Shown in pieces: positions 7,520-18,665 of a DNA stretch of 64,000 nt. This DNA is from Candidatus Melainabacteria bacterium 17Bon1m. Its GTDB lineage: Bacteria > Cyanobacteriota > Vampirovibrionia > Obscuribacterales > Obscuribacteraceae. The position numbers were made by a program, and so were the translations under genes. The stretch lies in contig JAVLKG010000001.1 in the NCBI GenBank assembly GCA_032128875.1, positions 672,001 to 736,000 on the forward strand, read 5' to 3'. The notes beneath the pieces were generated by a model. That model ran no database searches. It was given only the letters and a program-made list of their open reading frames with translations, and was not told the DNA's origin. The first letter of the stretch is position 1; the number at the start of each line of letters is the position of its first letter.

Positions 7520-9688
7520 TTATGCCTCGATCCAAATCGGTGCGCTCTTAAAAGACGGAGTCTTAGAGCGTGAATCTACGTTTCCTTTGATGAGTATATT
7601 TGCTTCCGGATAATACATAGCAACTGCGCCCGGCCTGATAGCGCCGACCACCACCTCGATGTTTTCCATTCGTCCTGCTTCACCGCGCACAGCAATCCGT
7701 TGCCCATCTTTGATGTTTAATTTCTCTGCGTCTTCTTTCGCCATCAAGATGCAATAGCGATGAGGAACACCTCGATAGAAATCGTATTCATCATAAACAA
7801 CACTGTTGAACTGTCCCTCTGAGCGCAGTGTCATTAAAATCAAGCCGTCTGAAACAGGCTTTGGCACCGGTGTTGGGTGCATAATCGCTTTGCCTGATTT
7901 AGTGCTGAATTGAGGGGTGTGATAAACCCGACCGGTAATCGTGAACTCTTTCTTGGTGTCGTCGATGGTGCCAATTGCTTCCCAGCCTGGAATTGTTTTT
8001 GCAATGATTTCCCGCACTTTCTTGTGATCTCTCAATGCCGTCCAATCAAATGGTTCTTTGCCCAGCACTCGATTGGCGATGTCGCAGATCACTTCTGATT
8101 CCGGCATCATTTGCCCCTGGACATTGGGTTTGCCACCTTCCGACAAGCGTATGAAATTGAACATCGACTCTTGCGTGGTTGCTTGCGGTTCTTCGTCTCG
8201 CGCAAGCACTGGCAAAATCAAGGTCGTTTCTCCACGACCAAAGAAATGCCCAGGGTTCAATTTTGTAGAGAGATAAACGATGGTTTTCACCTTGTTCATG
8301 CTCTCTCCAGCCCAGGTTGAATCAGGGTTTGAACCCCAAAGATTTCCACCAAGCGCAAAGAGAAAATCGATATCGCCCTTGCCGCAGGCATCAATCATTG
8401 CGTGCGTGTCGAGTCCGGGCGTGTCTGTGATTTTTGTGCCGTAAATTGTTTCTAGCGATTGCCTAACGCTATCTTGCAGCGCGGGGGCTACGCCCACGGA
8501 GCCTATTCCCTGTACGTTTGAATGTCCGCGAATGGGCAATAATCCGGCGCCCGGTTTTCCAACGTTGCCTGTAGCGATGGCTAAATTGCATACAGCTAAG
8601 ACATTGTCGACGCCGCTTGCGTGATGAGTCAAACCCATAGCCCATGCAAAGATTGTTCGCTTTGACATATAAATTATGTCCGCGCAATTCTCGATTGTTT
8701 CCCTGTCGACGCCGCTGTTTTTAATCAGATCATTCCAATCGGCACTGCGCGCATATTCGAGCACTTCAGCTGCACCTTCGGCGTAGCTATTGATGAATTC
8801 ATGATCTACTTTTCTTTTTTCAATCACTGATTTCAGCACGCCGACTAAAAACGCAACGTCACCACCCGGCAAAGGCTGCACATATGTCGATGCAATTTTT
8901 GTTCCGAAGAAAAGCGACTTTACTTGCGAAGGGACATGGAAATTCTCGAGCGGAGATTCTCGAACAGGATTTACGACGATGACTTTCCCGCCGCGCGCGC
9001 GCAAGTTGGCTAGTTGAGTCATTAGGCGGGGATGGTTGGAAGCCGGATTTGCGCCCAACAAAACAACCAAATCACAGCGCGTCAAATCTTCTAACTCAAC
9101 CGTTGCAGTCCCTGTGCCGAATGCCATTTTGAGCGCCACTCCCGATGCCTGGTGGCAGTAGAATGAGCAATTCATCACATTGTTGGTGCCGTACACTCGT
9201 GCGAATGCTTGCAATAGAAATGCTGCTTCGTTTGACGAGCGACCAGACGAGTAGAAGGCGGTTCGATTGGGCAACGTCTCTTTCATGGCGCTCGCAATGT
9301 GCTTTAGCGCGGCTTCCCATGTAATAGGTTTGAAATGAGTGGAACCCTTATCGAGCACGACAGGATACGAAAGTCTTCCGGCATCTTCTGCCTGCTTCGG
9401 CGTCAATTTCTCGAGATCGCTGAGAGAGCGCTTGTCGAAATAATCAGCGGGCAGCGCATCTACCATGTCTGCGACCTGCGCCTGAAGGCTTTTCTTGCAA
9501 ACCTCAGGCCAATGCCCGGCCTCATTCACCATGCCGCCTTTCATTCCGCCCATGCCCACCGCGCAGGTCTTGCAGGCGTTGCGGGAATTCATTCGTTTCA
9601 AAAGTCGCAGCGGACCGACTTGAAAAGCTTTTTCAAGGGAGTACATAATGGCGGGAAAGCCGCCGCCGGGTCTGAGTTTACGTGCCAC
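7520..9688 (-). CDS. FdhF/YdeP-family molybdopterin oxidoreductase
   Basis: CKTCA..GG..GG...E, FYSSGRSSNEA, NCSFYCHQASG, GANPASNHPR, PIRGHSNVQG, TLRSEGQFN, SKTPSFKS. Confidence 0.92.
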   Translation of the reverse strand: MARKLRPGGGFPAIMYSLEKAFQVGPLRLLKRMNSRNACKTCAVGMGGMKGGMVNEAGHWPEVCKKSLQAQVADMVDALPADYFDKRSLSDLEKLTPKQAEDAGRLSYPVVLDKGSTHFKPITWEAALKHIASAMKETLPNRTAFYSSGRSSNEAAFLLQAFARVYGTNNVMNCSFYCHQASGVALKMAFGTGTATVELEDLTRCDLVVLLGANPASNHPRLMTQLANLRARGGKVIVVNPVRESPLENFHVPSQVKSLFFGTKIASTYVQPLPGGDVAFLVGVLKSVIEKRKVDHEFINSYAEGAAEVLEYARSADWNDLIKNSGVDRETIENCADIIYMSKRTIFAWAMGLTHHASGVDNVLAVCNLAIATGNVGKPGAGLLPIRGHSNVQGIGSVGVAPALQDSVRQSLETIYGTKITDTPGLDTHAMIDACGKGDIDFLFALGGNLWGSNPDSTWAGESMNKVKTIVYLSTKLNPGHFFGRGETTLILPVLARDEEPQATTQESMFNFIRLSEGGKPNVQGQMMPESEVICDIANRVLGKEPFDWTALRDHKKVREIIAKTIPGWEAIGTIDDTKKEFTITGRVYHTPQFSTKSGKAIMHPTPVPKPVSDGLILMTLRSEGQFNSVVYDEYDFYRGVPHRYCILMAKEDAEKLNIKDGQRIAVRGEAGRMENIEVVVGAIRPGAVAMYYPEANILIKGNVDSRSKTPSFKSAPIWIEA

Positions 9689-9791
9689 GTCAATTACGCG
9701 CTTTGCGTTGCTGAGTTAGGTAATATAGTCGTCTACCAGTTATCAACGATTATATAGTGAGTTTTGCTCTCTTATCTGGGTTTCACTTCTT

Positions 9792-10952
9792 ATGACCACC
9801 GAAGACAAGCCGCCCGCCAAGACAACCAAAAAGCCAAGAATATTCTTCTTGCTCGGTCTGATTGCAACTACCGGCTATCTGACCTTCTTTTCGGTCAAGG
9901 CGACGACGCCGGAAATGAATAAGATAAAGCTGCCGCCTGGGTTTTCAATCGCACCCTACTTCAAAGGCGTTCCCGCTGCTCGTTCGATGGCCCTCAGCCC
10001 GTCCGGAGTTTTGTATGTGGGCTCGCGAAAAATTGATGGCGATGTCACCGCAATTGTTGATAAGAACAAAGATGGAGTTGCCGACGCTTCGTACATTGTC
10101 GGAAAGAAGCTCTATGGTCCACTGGGCATGGCTTACAAAGATGGCGATCTGTACGTCGGGCAAATCAATGGTGTTGTAAAACTCAAAGACATCGACAACC
10201 ATCTCACCAACCCGCCGGCGCCCGAGCCTGTGAATTTGAAACTACCTTCAGACCTCGCGCACGGTCACAAATACATTCGCTTTGGACCCGATGGGTGGCT
10301 TTACATTCCTGTGGGCGCACCTTGCAATGTTTGTGAAAGAGACTGGAACAAGTATGCGTGTTTGATGCGCATGAAGCCTGATGGTTCGAACTTAGAACTT
10401 TATGCGCAGGGTATCCGCAACACTGTTGGATTCGATTGGCATCCACTGACAAAGGAATTGTGGTTTACCGACAATGGCAGAGACTGGCTCGGTGACGACC
10501 TTCCGCCCGACGAGTTAAATTGTGCACCACGTCCAGGAATGAATTTCGGATATCCATATCGATACGGTCTCAATGTGAAAGATCCGGAGTACGGAGCGAA
10601 ACGCCCCAATGATGCAGACTTTACGCCTTGCAGTGTTCCACTCGGTGCTCACGTCGCAGCCTTAGGCATGCGCTTTTACACCGGCGATATGTTTCCGTCC
10701 GAATACAAAAATCAAATCTTTATCGCCGAGCATGGCTCGTGGAATCGCAGCAAACCAAGCGGTTATCGAATCATGTGCGTGAAGTTTGCTCCCGGGAAAC
10801 AACCCACATATGAAGTATTCGCAGAAGGTTTCTTGAATAGCGCCGGAATTCCAACAGCCCGACCAGCTGACCTTTGCCAGATGGCTGACGGGTCCTTGCT
10901 TGTTTCTGATGACCATGGTGGCACGATTTATCGCATTACATACAAGAAGTAA
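9792..10952 (+). CDS. PQQ-dependent sugar/L-sorbosone dehydrogenase family beta-propeller
   Basis: N-terminal anchor; KLPPGFSI, FGPDGWLYIPVGAPCNVC, GIRNTVGFDWHP, AEHGSWNRS, LLVSDD. Confidence 0.9.
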   Translation: MTTEDKPPAKTTKKPRIFFLLGLIATTGYLTFFSVKATTPEMNKIKLPPGFSIAPYFKGVPAARSMALSPSGVLYVGSRKIDGDVTAIVDKNKDGVADASYIVGKKLYGPLGMAYKDGDLYVGQINGVVKLKDIDNHLTNPPAPEPVNLKLPSDLAHGHKYIRFGPDGWLYIPVGAPCNVCERDWNKYACLMRMKPDGSNLELYAQGIRNTVGFDWHPLTKELWFTDNGRDWLGDDLPPDELNCAPRPGMNFGYPYRYGLNVKDPEYGAKRPNDADFTPCSVPLGAHVAALGMRFYTGDMFPSEYKNQIFIAEHGSWNRSKPSGYRIMCVKFAPGKQPTYEVFAEGFLNSAGIPTARPADLCQMADGSLLVSDDHGGTIYRITYKK

Positions 10953-11106
10953 TTGCTCTAAAGTGTGTACAATTTCATTTTGCAAAAAACGGTGTGTTGT
11001 CGTCGCTTGAGAACCGCGATTCTTTACATCTTTTGTGCATACTGGGGAGAAATCGGTTACGTCACCGCTTCTTGTTTCTTGGGCGGTTTGTCTGGAGGAT
11101 TTTGAG

Positions 11107-13944
11107 ATGCGTCGCGCAAAAGTTTTTGCTATGGCGGCCCTTTTTCTGGCTTTGCAACCCGGCTTGTTGACAGCCTCGCCGGCATACGGCAATGACCTTT
11201 CGAATTTGCTCGGTAACTTAAGCGGACTCGGCAATTTTACGGACATTGATACGCGGCAGGTGCAAATTGAAAGACGCATCAAGGACGCGATTTCTTCAGG
11301 GCGCCTTACGTGGGCTGAGGGCGATGTTTATTTGAAACAGCTTGCACAGATTGAGAGAGCTGAAGCGGATTACAGAGTTTCCGACAACAAACTCTCCACC
11401 TGGGAAAGCATGCGACTTTCTCTCGAGCTCGATAAACTCAGTCGCGATTTAGAAACGCACATGCGCGATCGCAGCTCTGGCTCTGTCGATATCGACTCCA
11501 TGCAAGCCGACATCCTTAAGCGCATGACCGATGGATTGTCGGCGCGCCGTTTGACGAGACAAGAGTACGACGATCTCAAATACGATTTCGATCGCTCTGC
11601 CTCTCTCGAAGCGCTTTATCGCCAGTCCGACAATAAGCTTGATTACGATGAGACGATGAAATTGGCGCTCGATTTAGATCGATTGAGCACCAGATTGGAA
11701 CGCACGCTGCACGACCGTGATGTTTCCATCGGTGATGCCGATGCGCGCCAGGCAGAACTGGATAAGAAGATTCAAGATGGTTTGGGTTCCGGCAAATTGA
11801 CCGGCGGTGAAGCGAACCAATTGCGTTCAGAGTTCAACCGTATTTCCGAACGGGAAGCCGCATTGAAATCGTCTGGTCGTCCAATTTCTCCGGATGATCG
11901 CCTGGCTCTTTTGATCGATTTGGAAAGACTCAATACTCAAATCGAACTGAAGCTCAACAACTCAGAAACAGCGCCAACTGATGGCGCTCAAGTTAATGTC
12001 AAAAGAGCGCATATCGAAGCGTTCATTTCTGAATCGTTAGTTCAAGGAAAGTTGACGCCGCTTGAAGCACAACAGTTCAAAACTCAATTGGAGCGCGTGC
12101 AAACCCTGGCGCGTGACATGGCGCAAAGCGATGGGGTTTTGACACCTTTTGAGGTTCAAACGATTTCGGTTGAGTACTCAATGCTCGAGTCTCGTATCAA
12201 CCGCACGATGGTCGGGCGCTCTGGTGTTTGGCCTGGAATCACCGGTCGCGTTGGTGAAATTGAGCAGCGCATTAACGACTCTGCATCAAGTCGTCGTTTG
12301 ACTGATGCTGAAGCGACAAGCCTGCGTGCTGATTTGCAGCGCATCAAAGAAATGGCTGCCAGCACAAGAAAAACCGATGGCACTTTTTCGCTAGACAATT
12401 CGTTGGCTGTAGCTAGCGACCTCGAAAGGCTGAGCCACAAAGTAAATCAAAGCTTGCACGATCGCACAGAGATAAGTGTCGATCTCGATCAGAAACAACG
12501 CGAGATTGACAAACAGATTGCTGATGGCGTTTTGGCTGGAACATTGACTCTTCCTGAAGCAAGAGAACTGGACGCCGAAGGCGATCGTATTGAAAGAAAA
12601 GAAACAGAGTTCCGAACTTCTCAGAGCGGACTCAACTACCGCGAAAGACTCGCACTGGCATATGACCTGGAGCAATTGGCTACCAGGGTCGATCAGCAAA
12701 TTCGCGACAGTGAAAGAGAGCCGATCGATCTTCAAGCGCAAAAAGCGTTAATTGAAAAGCTCGTCACGGCTGCGACTATAAATGGTCGCCTCACCAATGA
12801 TGAAGCACGTTCGATCAAGGCTGAAAAGGACAGATTGACCGCGCTCGAATTTCAATGCAGGGCATCTGACGGTCGTTTGACTGCAGGTGAAAGTATTTTG
12901 ATTGCTTCCGAGTGGGACAAGTTGCAGCGCGCTGTTAAGAAACAGACGCAGGATAAAGAGCGCGATGTTTCTGATATAGATGCGCGTCAAGCTCGCATTC
13001 AGCGCCGCATTAGCGAAGGATTGTCCTCTGGACGAATCACCGCCCGCGAAGCCGATAGACTCGGAAAGGAATTTGATGTCATCTCTTCGAAAGAAACTCA
13101 GTTTAAGGCAGATGGAGGACTGAGTTATGGTGAGAGCTTGACCTTGGCGATTGAACTTGAACAATTGACAAGGAAAGTTGAAAACGCAATCGCTAATGGC
13201 AAAATCAGTTTGCCAGATGTCGACAGCAGGCAAAGAGAAATCGACGTCGAACTTGCGGCAGCTGTCGCCTCCGGTCGTTTGGCTTTGCGAGATGCGCAAA
13301 ACTTCCGAGCTGAGATTGACCGCATAGCGGCGGAAGAAGCTGGCTACCGGCAGTCGGGTGGTGGCATAAGCGTCAGCGAAACGCAAATGCTTTTGACAGA
13401 ACTCGACAAATTGCAAGCGACTGTCGATGCACGATTGAAAGATTCCAAGCCGGTTTGGAGTGGACTTGCTGGTCGTCGTAACGAACTCAGCACGCAATTG
13501 ACTCAGCTTGAGCAAGCAAAGAAATTGAAGCCGGAAGATTTGTTCAAGTTCAAAGCTGAACTAAATCGCATTTCGCAAGCTGAGGCAGCTTTCCAGGCAT
13601 CGGGTGGAGCAATCGACCTGGCAGAAACTGTCTCCCTGGTCAACGACTTGGATCTGTTGAAGCGTCGAGTTGATAGCCGTATTGGTGTCATTGCTGTCAA
13701 CCTCGCATGGGATGACATCGACGGACGTCAGGCAGATCTTGATCGACGCATCAATAAAGCTTTGATGCGCAGAATGATCAGCCCAGTAGAAGCGCAGAAG
13801 CTGAAGGCTGAGTCCACCAAGATTCACCAAGCCGAAGCGATCTTCAAAGCCAACGACGGCTCACTCAGCTATTTCGAGAAGATGGCACTAGCTGGTCAGC
13901 TCGACAAGCTGAACAGAATGCTGCCGCAAAAAATAGAAGACTAA
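11107..13944 (+). CDS. Large exported alpha-helical repeat protein (11 x ~82 aa)
   Basis: GGAGG RBS, ATG at 11107, signal peptide; repeated unit ID.RQ..I...I......G.LT..EA..L..E..RI...E......DG.L...E...L...LD.L. Confidence 0.85.
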   Translation: MRRAKVFAMAALFLALQPGLLTASPAYGNDLSNLLGNLSGLGNFTDIDTRQVQIERRIKDAISSGRLTWAEGDVYLKQLAQIERAEADYRVSDNKLSTWESMRLSLELDKLSRDLETHMRDRSSGSVDIDSMQADILKRMTDGLSARRLTRQEYDDLKYDFDRSASLEALYRQSDNKLDYDETMKLALDLDRLSTRLERTLHDRDVSIGDADARQAELDKKIQDGLGSGKLTGGEANQLRSEFNRISEREAALKSSGRPISPDDRLALLIDLERLNTQIELKLNNSETAPTDGAQVNVKRAHIEAFISESLVQGKLTPLEAQQFKTQLERVQTLARDMAQSDGVLTPFEVQTISVEYSMLESRINRTMVGRSGVWPGITGRVGEIEQRINDSASSRRLTDAEATSLRADLQRIKEMAASTRKTDGTFSLDNSLAVASDLERLSHKVNQSLHDRTEISVDLDQKQREIDKQIADGVLAGTLTLPEARELDAEGDRIERKETEFRTSQSGLNYRERLALAYDLEQLATRVDQQIRDSEREPIDLQAQKALIEKLVTAATINGRLTNDEARSIKAEKDRLTALEFQCRASDGRLTAGESILIASEWDKLQRAVKKQTQDKERDVSDIDARQARIQRRISEGLSSGRITAREADRLGKEFDVISSKETQFKADGGLSYGESLTLAIELEQLTRKVENAIANGKISLPDVDSRQREIDVELAAAVASGRLALRDAQNFRAEIDRIAAEEAGYRQSGGGISVSETQMLLTELDKLQATVDARLKDSKPVWSGLAGRRNELSTQLTQLEQAKKLKPEDLFKFKAELNRISQAEAAFQASGGAIDLAETVSLVNDLDLLKRRVDSRIGVIAVNLAWDDIDGRQADLDRRINKALMRRMISPVEAQKLKAESTKIHQAEAIFKANDGSLSYFEKMALAGQLDKLNRMLPQKIED

Positions 13945-13981
13945 GACGACCAAACTAGTTCGTCAAATGTTTTGTGAAACT

Positions 13982-14009
13982 AAAAGGGAGGTGAAAACAC
14001 CTCCCTTTT
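13982..14009. terminator. Bidirectional intrinsic terminator
   Basis: Perfect AAAAGGGAGGTG-AAAA-CACCTCCCTTTT hairpin between convergent genes. Confidence 0.9.
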
Positions 14010-14068
14010 GTTCAATTACTTTGGTTTGAATCCAAGTTTTTCAAGCGAAAAACGATCGATTCACGCGA

Positions 14069-15976
14069 CTAGTCGGCGGCGGCGCGGCGACGTTTTTCCG
14101 ATTGGAGAATACGCTTACGCATGCGCACCGATTGTGGTGTCACTTCCATGAGTTCATCTGGCTCGATGTACTCGAGGCATTTTTCCAAATTCATTTCCAT
14201 CGGTGCTTGCAATGTCACCAGCACGTCACTGTTTGAGCTGCGCATGTTGGTGAGCTTCTTCATCTTGCAAACGTTGATATCGAGATCTTGCGAGCGGGAA
14301 TTTTCGCCAACAACCATACCGGCATAAACCTTGGTGCCGGGGGTGATGAAGAATACGCCGCGGTCTTCGGCTTGAGCCAATGCGTAAGCAGTGGCTACGC
14401 CTTCTTCCCAGGCGATAAGAACACCGTTGCGCTGGCGAGCGATTTCGCCACACCATTCGCGGTATTCATTGAATGCGTGGTTCATTACGCCATTGCCCTT
14501 GGTGAGGCGCAAGAATTCGCTGCGGAAGCCAATCAATCCTCTTGTAGGAATGAGGAATTCGAGCAGTGATTGATTGCCTTCAACTTTCATGTTGAGCAAT
14601 TCTGCTTTGCGCGGTCCGAGTTCTTGCATGACTGCACCGGTAAAATCTTCCGGCACGTCGATGAAGAGGCGCTCGAATGGCTCGTTGTCCTTGCCATCGA
14701 TTTGTTTGAGAATTACTTCCGGTCTCGAAACCGCGAATTCGTATCCTTCTCTGCGCATGGTTTCGATCAAGATGCCCAAGTGCAATTCGCCGCGACCGCT
14801 GACAATAAATGTATCCGTGCTGTCGGTTTCATCAACACGCAAGCTGACGTTTGTCTCCAACTCGTGCAACAAGCGTGATTTGATTTGGCGCGAAGTAACG
14901 AATTTGCCTTCTTGTCCGGCGAACGGGCTGTCATTGACGATGAACGCCATCTTCATAGTGGGCTCGTCGATTTTGATGCGCGTCATTGCTTCGGACACAT
15001 CAGGGTTGCCGATGGTGTCTCCGACGTTGGCTGTGGAGAAACCTGCGATGGCGACCATTTGTCCAGCTTGTGCTTGGTTGGTCTCGATGCGCTTCAAACC
15101 ATGGAAGGTGAAGAGCTTGGAAATTTTTCCTTTCACAACGCTGCCGTCTTCTTTCATCAATGCGACTTGTTCGTTGTCTTTGACGCGTCCGTTATAGACG
15201 CGACCGATGACGATGCGACCGAGATAGTCGTTGTAATCGAGGATGGTTACTTGCATTTGCAATGGCGCATCCGGATTGCCGATGGGCGGCGGGCAATGCT
15301 CAACCATAAGGTCCAGCAGAGGGATTAGGTTTTCACCTTCCACTTCTGGATCTTTTGTAGCGATACCCTTGACTCCGGAGGCGAAGATATAAGGGAAGTC
15401 GAGTTGCTCGGCATTGGCGCCGAGTTCGACGAAGAGGTCGAATACTTTATCGACTGCGATATGCGGGTCGATATTCGGGCGGTCGATCTTATTGATGACG
15501 ACAATTGGACGCAGTCCGCGCTCGAGGGCTTTTCTCAGAACGAATCGAGTCTGCGGCATCGGACCTTCGCCGGCATCGACGACGAGAAGAGCGCTGTCTA
15601 CCATACCCAAGATACGTTCAACTTCGCCACCGAAGTCAGCGTGCCCGGGGGTGTCGACGATGTTTATCAGAAACTCTTTGTACTTAACCGCGGTAGTCTT
15701 GGCAAGAATCGTGATGCCGCGTTCGCGCTCCAAGTCATTGGAGTCCATTACGCAGTCGACTACTTCTTGGTTGTCGCGGAAAACTCCGGTCTGGCGCAAG
15801 AAGCCATCTACCAGTGTTGTTTTGCCGTGGTCGACGTGGGCAATGATGGCGATATTGCGGATATGAGCCATCGCCTCACACATTTGCGCTTCAGTAATGG
15901 CAGATGCCAGCTCCTGCGCGCCTTGGGTGTTATCGACTGATTGGGTTTCGGGTTTGTCCATGGTTGCTGAGTTCAT
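14069..15976 (-). CDS. typA: Translational GTPase TypA/BipA
   Basis: [58 protein letters not shown]. Confidence 0.98.
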   Translation of the reverse strand: MNSATMDKPETQSVDNTQGAQELASAITEAQMCEAMAHIRNIAIIAHVDHGKTTLVDGFLRQTGVFRDNQEVVDCVMDSNDLERERGITILAKTTAVKYKEFLINIVDTPGHADFGGEVERILGMVDSALLVVDAGEGPMPQTRFVLRKALERGLRPIVVINKIDRPNIDPHIAVDKVFDLFVELGANAEQLDFPYIFASGVKGIATKDPEVEGENLIPLLDLMVEHCPPPIGNPDAPLQMQVTILDYNDYLGRIVIGRVYNGRVKDNEQVALMKEDGSVVKGKISKLFTFHGLKRIETNQAQAGQMVAIAGFSTANVGDTIGNPDVSEAMTRIKIDEPTMKMAFIVNDSPFAGQEGKFVTSRQIKSRLLHELETNVSLRVDETDSTDTFIVSGRGELHLGILIETMRREGYEFAVSRPEVILKQIDGKDNEPFERLFIDVPEDFTGAVMQELGPRKAELLNMKVEGNQSLLEFLIPTRGLIGFRSEFLRLTKGNGVMNHAFNEYREWCGEIARQRNGVLIAWEEGVATAYALAQAEDRGVFFITPGTKVYAGMVVGENSRSQDLDINVCKMKKLTNMRSSNSDVLVTLQAPMEMNLEKCLEYIEPDELMEVTPQSVRMRKRILQSEKRRRAAAD

Positions 15977-16083
15977 GTTTCCTTTAGTCGTCCTTGGGCG
16001 ATCGGGCTATGTTATCTCGGTCTGTTTAGCCGGGAATCCCGGAAATATCTTTTGTTATCGGTGTATTCTGTTTATGAAAAGAT

Positions 16084-17325
16084 TTGGTTTTGTTTGAATA
16101 TTGGAGTTGGCTGCTTTTGCCAGACTTTTCTGACTCGACGATTGATAGTGGTGAAACGGTTTCGTCTAACGTGGTCGTTGGCACTGTTATTCGCAGCCAT
16201 GCTGGCGGTCATCTGGTCCATTTACCCGAATTGGACGTCAACCTTCTGTGCCAGGCGCGCGGGCGGCTGAAGAAGGAGCGCGTCTCCATCGTCACTGGAG
16301 ACCGGGTAACTCTCGATGACGTCGATCCTGATAAAGGGACCGGTGTCATCACGAGTTGTTTGGAAAGAGAAAATCTTCTCAGTCGGCCACTACTCGCCAA
16401 CGTAGACCAGGTGATCATTGTACAGGCCATACATCAGCCCGATTGGAACGCTCTTGTGTGCGATCGCTACCTGGTGCATTTCCAGCTTGAGGTGCGGGAT
16501 TCGCTGCCAATTCTTTGCTTCAATAAGAGTGATCTGGCCTCTGAAGACGACAAGAAGGCTTTACGAAGTATTTATGAACCGCTTGGCTACTTGGTTACAA
16601 TTGTATCTGCTACAACAGGCGAAGGACTGGACGGGCTGGCGAATTTGCTGCTTTCGAAGGCTACAGTTTTCGCGGGACCCTCAGGAGTCGGAAAATCGAG
16701 TTTGCTTAATCGGCTCGAACCTGAACTGCATCTAAAGATTGGCGTAATGGACAACGATTTTGGTGTTGGTCGTCACACCACTACATACAGTGAGCTCTAT
16801 CGCATATCGAATGAGCAATTGCGTTCTCTTGGTGTCACGGGCGAAAATGTCGCCTGGGTGGCAGACACTCCTGGTTTTGGTTTGTCTGAATTCAAACACC
16901 CTGAGCCGCTCGACGTAGTCTGGCAGTTTCCCGACCTCGCTAAATTTGCCGTCGACTGCAAATACTCCGATTGCACGCATCTGGTGGAGCAGGGGTGCAA
17001 TGTCTTGTCGAATCTGGAGCAGATAGACCCGATTCGCTTTGACAATTACACTATTATGGTCAAAGAGTCTCAAAGCGAGAAATCAATTCTCAGGGACACT
17101 TCACAGAAAGTGGAATCGGCGGTAAAAACGGTTGGTGGCAGAGAAGGGAAGGCGGTTCACGTACCGCTTCTGTCGGGTCGCTATCGCAGCAAGGCCAAGA
17201 ATACCGAGCGCCAGCAATTGAAACGAAGAGCGAATTTCGTTGATTCAGACGAAGATGCAGACTTCGTTGATGATTCGGATATTGACAGTTCATCAGATTC
17301 TTCAACCCAAACAGAGGAAACATAG
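16084..17325 (+). CDS. rsgA: Small ribosomal subunit biogenesis GTPase RsgA (start uncertain)
   Basis: OB fold (VTGDRV), ANVDQV, NKSDL, GPSGVGKSSLLN, GRHTT, DTPGF, CKYSDCTHLVEQGC zinc finger. Confidence 0.95.
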   Translation: MVLFEYWSWLLLPDFSDSTIDSGETVSSNVVVGTVIRSHAGGHLVHLPELDVNLLCQARGRLKKERVSIVTGDRVTLDDVDPDKGTGVITSCLERENLLSRPLLANVDQVIIVQAIHQPDWNALVCDRYLVHFQLEVRDSLPILCFNKSDLASEDDKKALRSIYEPLGYLVTIVSATTGEGLDGLANLLLSKATVFAGPSGVGKSSLLNRLEPELHLKIGVMDNDFGVGRHTTTYSELYRISNEQLRSLGVTGENVAWVADTPGFGLSEFKHPEPLDVVWQFPDLAKFAVDCKYSDCTHLVEQGCNVLSNLEQIDPIRFDNYTIMVKESQSEKSILRDTSQKVESAVKTVGGREGKAVHVPLLSGRYRSKAKNTERQQLKRRANFVDSDEDADFVDDSDIDSSSDSSTQTEET

Positions 17326-17330
17326 TCAGC

Positions 17331-18665
17331 ATGACTGAGAAGTCTCCATTAGTTTTTCCGCGCGGTTTCGTCTGGGGAGCGGCTACTGCTGCATATCAGA
17401 TCGAAGGGGCTGCGAAAGCCGACGGGCGTGGCGAGTCGATTTGGGACCGTTTTTCACACACTAAAGGAAACATTCTCAACGACGACAACGGGGATGTCGC
17501 CTGCGATCACTATCATCGCTTTGCAGATGACGTTGCGATGATGAAAGATATGGGGCTGCGAGCCTATCGGTTTTCGATCTCCTGGCCGCGGGTGATGCCT
17601 CACGGTAGAGGCTCCATAAACTGGCTCGGGCTGGACTTCTACGATCGGTTGGTCGATGCTTTGTTGTCTGTTGGAATAGAACCTTACGCAACTCTCTATC
17701 ATTGGGATTTGCCAGAGTCTCTGCAAGAAATCGGTGGTTGGACCAATCGCGATGTCACCGGTTATTTCGCTGACTATGCGGCGGTTATGGCAAAGCGCCT
17801 GGGCGACCGCGTCAAGAATTGGATGACGATCAATGAACCGTGGGTGGTAGCAGTCCACGGCAATTTGCTTGGCGATATGGCTCCGGGATATAGAGACAAA
17901 TCGACTGCTATCAAAGTAGGTCACAACCTGCTTGTTGGGCACGGGCGGGCGCTGGAGACTATCAAACATAGCCGTCCGGATGCAAAGGTTGGCATTACGC
18001 TGAGCCTTTCACCTGTCGAGCCCGAAACTGAATCCGACGAAGACCGCCGCATCGCAGAAAAGCGATATCAAATTTCAGCCGGGTGGTTTTTGAATCCACT
18101 GCTGACAGGTGCATATCCCTCTGAATGTTATCCCGAATTTGGTGAGGCAATATCAGCTATTCATCCGGGTGATATGGCCTTGATCTCGCGTCGAATGGAT
18201 TTCCTCGGTGTTCAATATTACTTTCGTGTCGTCACAGGCATGCGCGGTGACGTCAAAAAGGTCGCAGGTTCGAAGTACACCGAGATGGGTTGGGAAGTCT
18301 GTCCCAGTGCGCTTGAGCGTTTGCTTGTTCGTATGAATCAAGATTACGATCTACCGCCCATTTTTATCACCGAAAATGGCGCTGCTTTCGATGACAAAGT
18401 TTCCAAAGACGGGCACGTTCATGATCCCGAGCGCATCGAGTATTTGCGAGAGCACTTGCATGCAGTCTATCGTGCGCTTAAGCAAAATGTGCCGCTGAAG
18501 GGCTATTTCGCCTGGTCTTTGCTCGACAATTTTGAGTGGGCATTTGGTTATTCAAAACGATTTGGAATCGTTCATGTTGATTACAAAACACAAAAACGCA
18601 CAATCAAAGACAGCGGACATTGGTACAGCCGCGTGTCACGAAGGGGAGAATTGGAGCTAACCTGA
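17331..18665 (+). CDS. GH1 beta-glucosidase
   Basis: FVWGAATAAYQIEG, DHYHR, TINEP (acid/base), ITENG (nucleophile), WSLLDNFEW. Confidence 0.97.
   Translation: MTEKSPLVFPRGFVWGAATAAYQIEGAAKADGRGESIWDRFSHTKGNILNDDNGDVACDHYHRFADDVAMMKDMGLRAYRFSISWPRVMPHGRGSINWLGLDFYDRLVDALLSVGIEPYATLYHWDLPESLQEIGGWTNRDVTGYFADYAAVMAKRLGDRVKNWMTINEPWVVAVHGNLLGDMAPGYRDKSTAIKVGHNLLVGHGRALETIKHSRPDAKVGITLSLSPVEPETESDEDRRIAEKRYQISAGWFLNPLLTGAYPSECYPEFGEAISAIHPGDMALISRRMDFLGVQYYFRVVTGMRGDVKKVAGSKYTEMGWEVCPSALERLLVRMNQDYDLPPIFITENGAAFDDKVSKDGHVHDPERIEYLREHLHAVYRALKQNVPLKGYFAWSLLDNFEWAFGYSKRFGIVHVDYKTQKRTIKDSGHWYSRVSRRGELELT

Noticed and set aside
14121-15940. Multiple plus-strand ORFs of 100-200 aa
   Set aside because: Antisense to typA; no RBS or motifs
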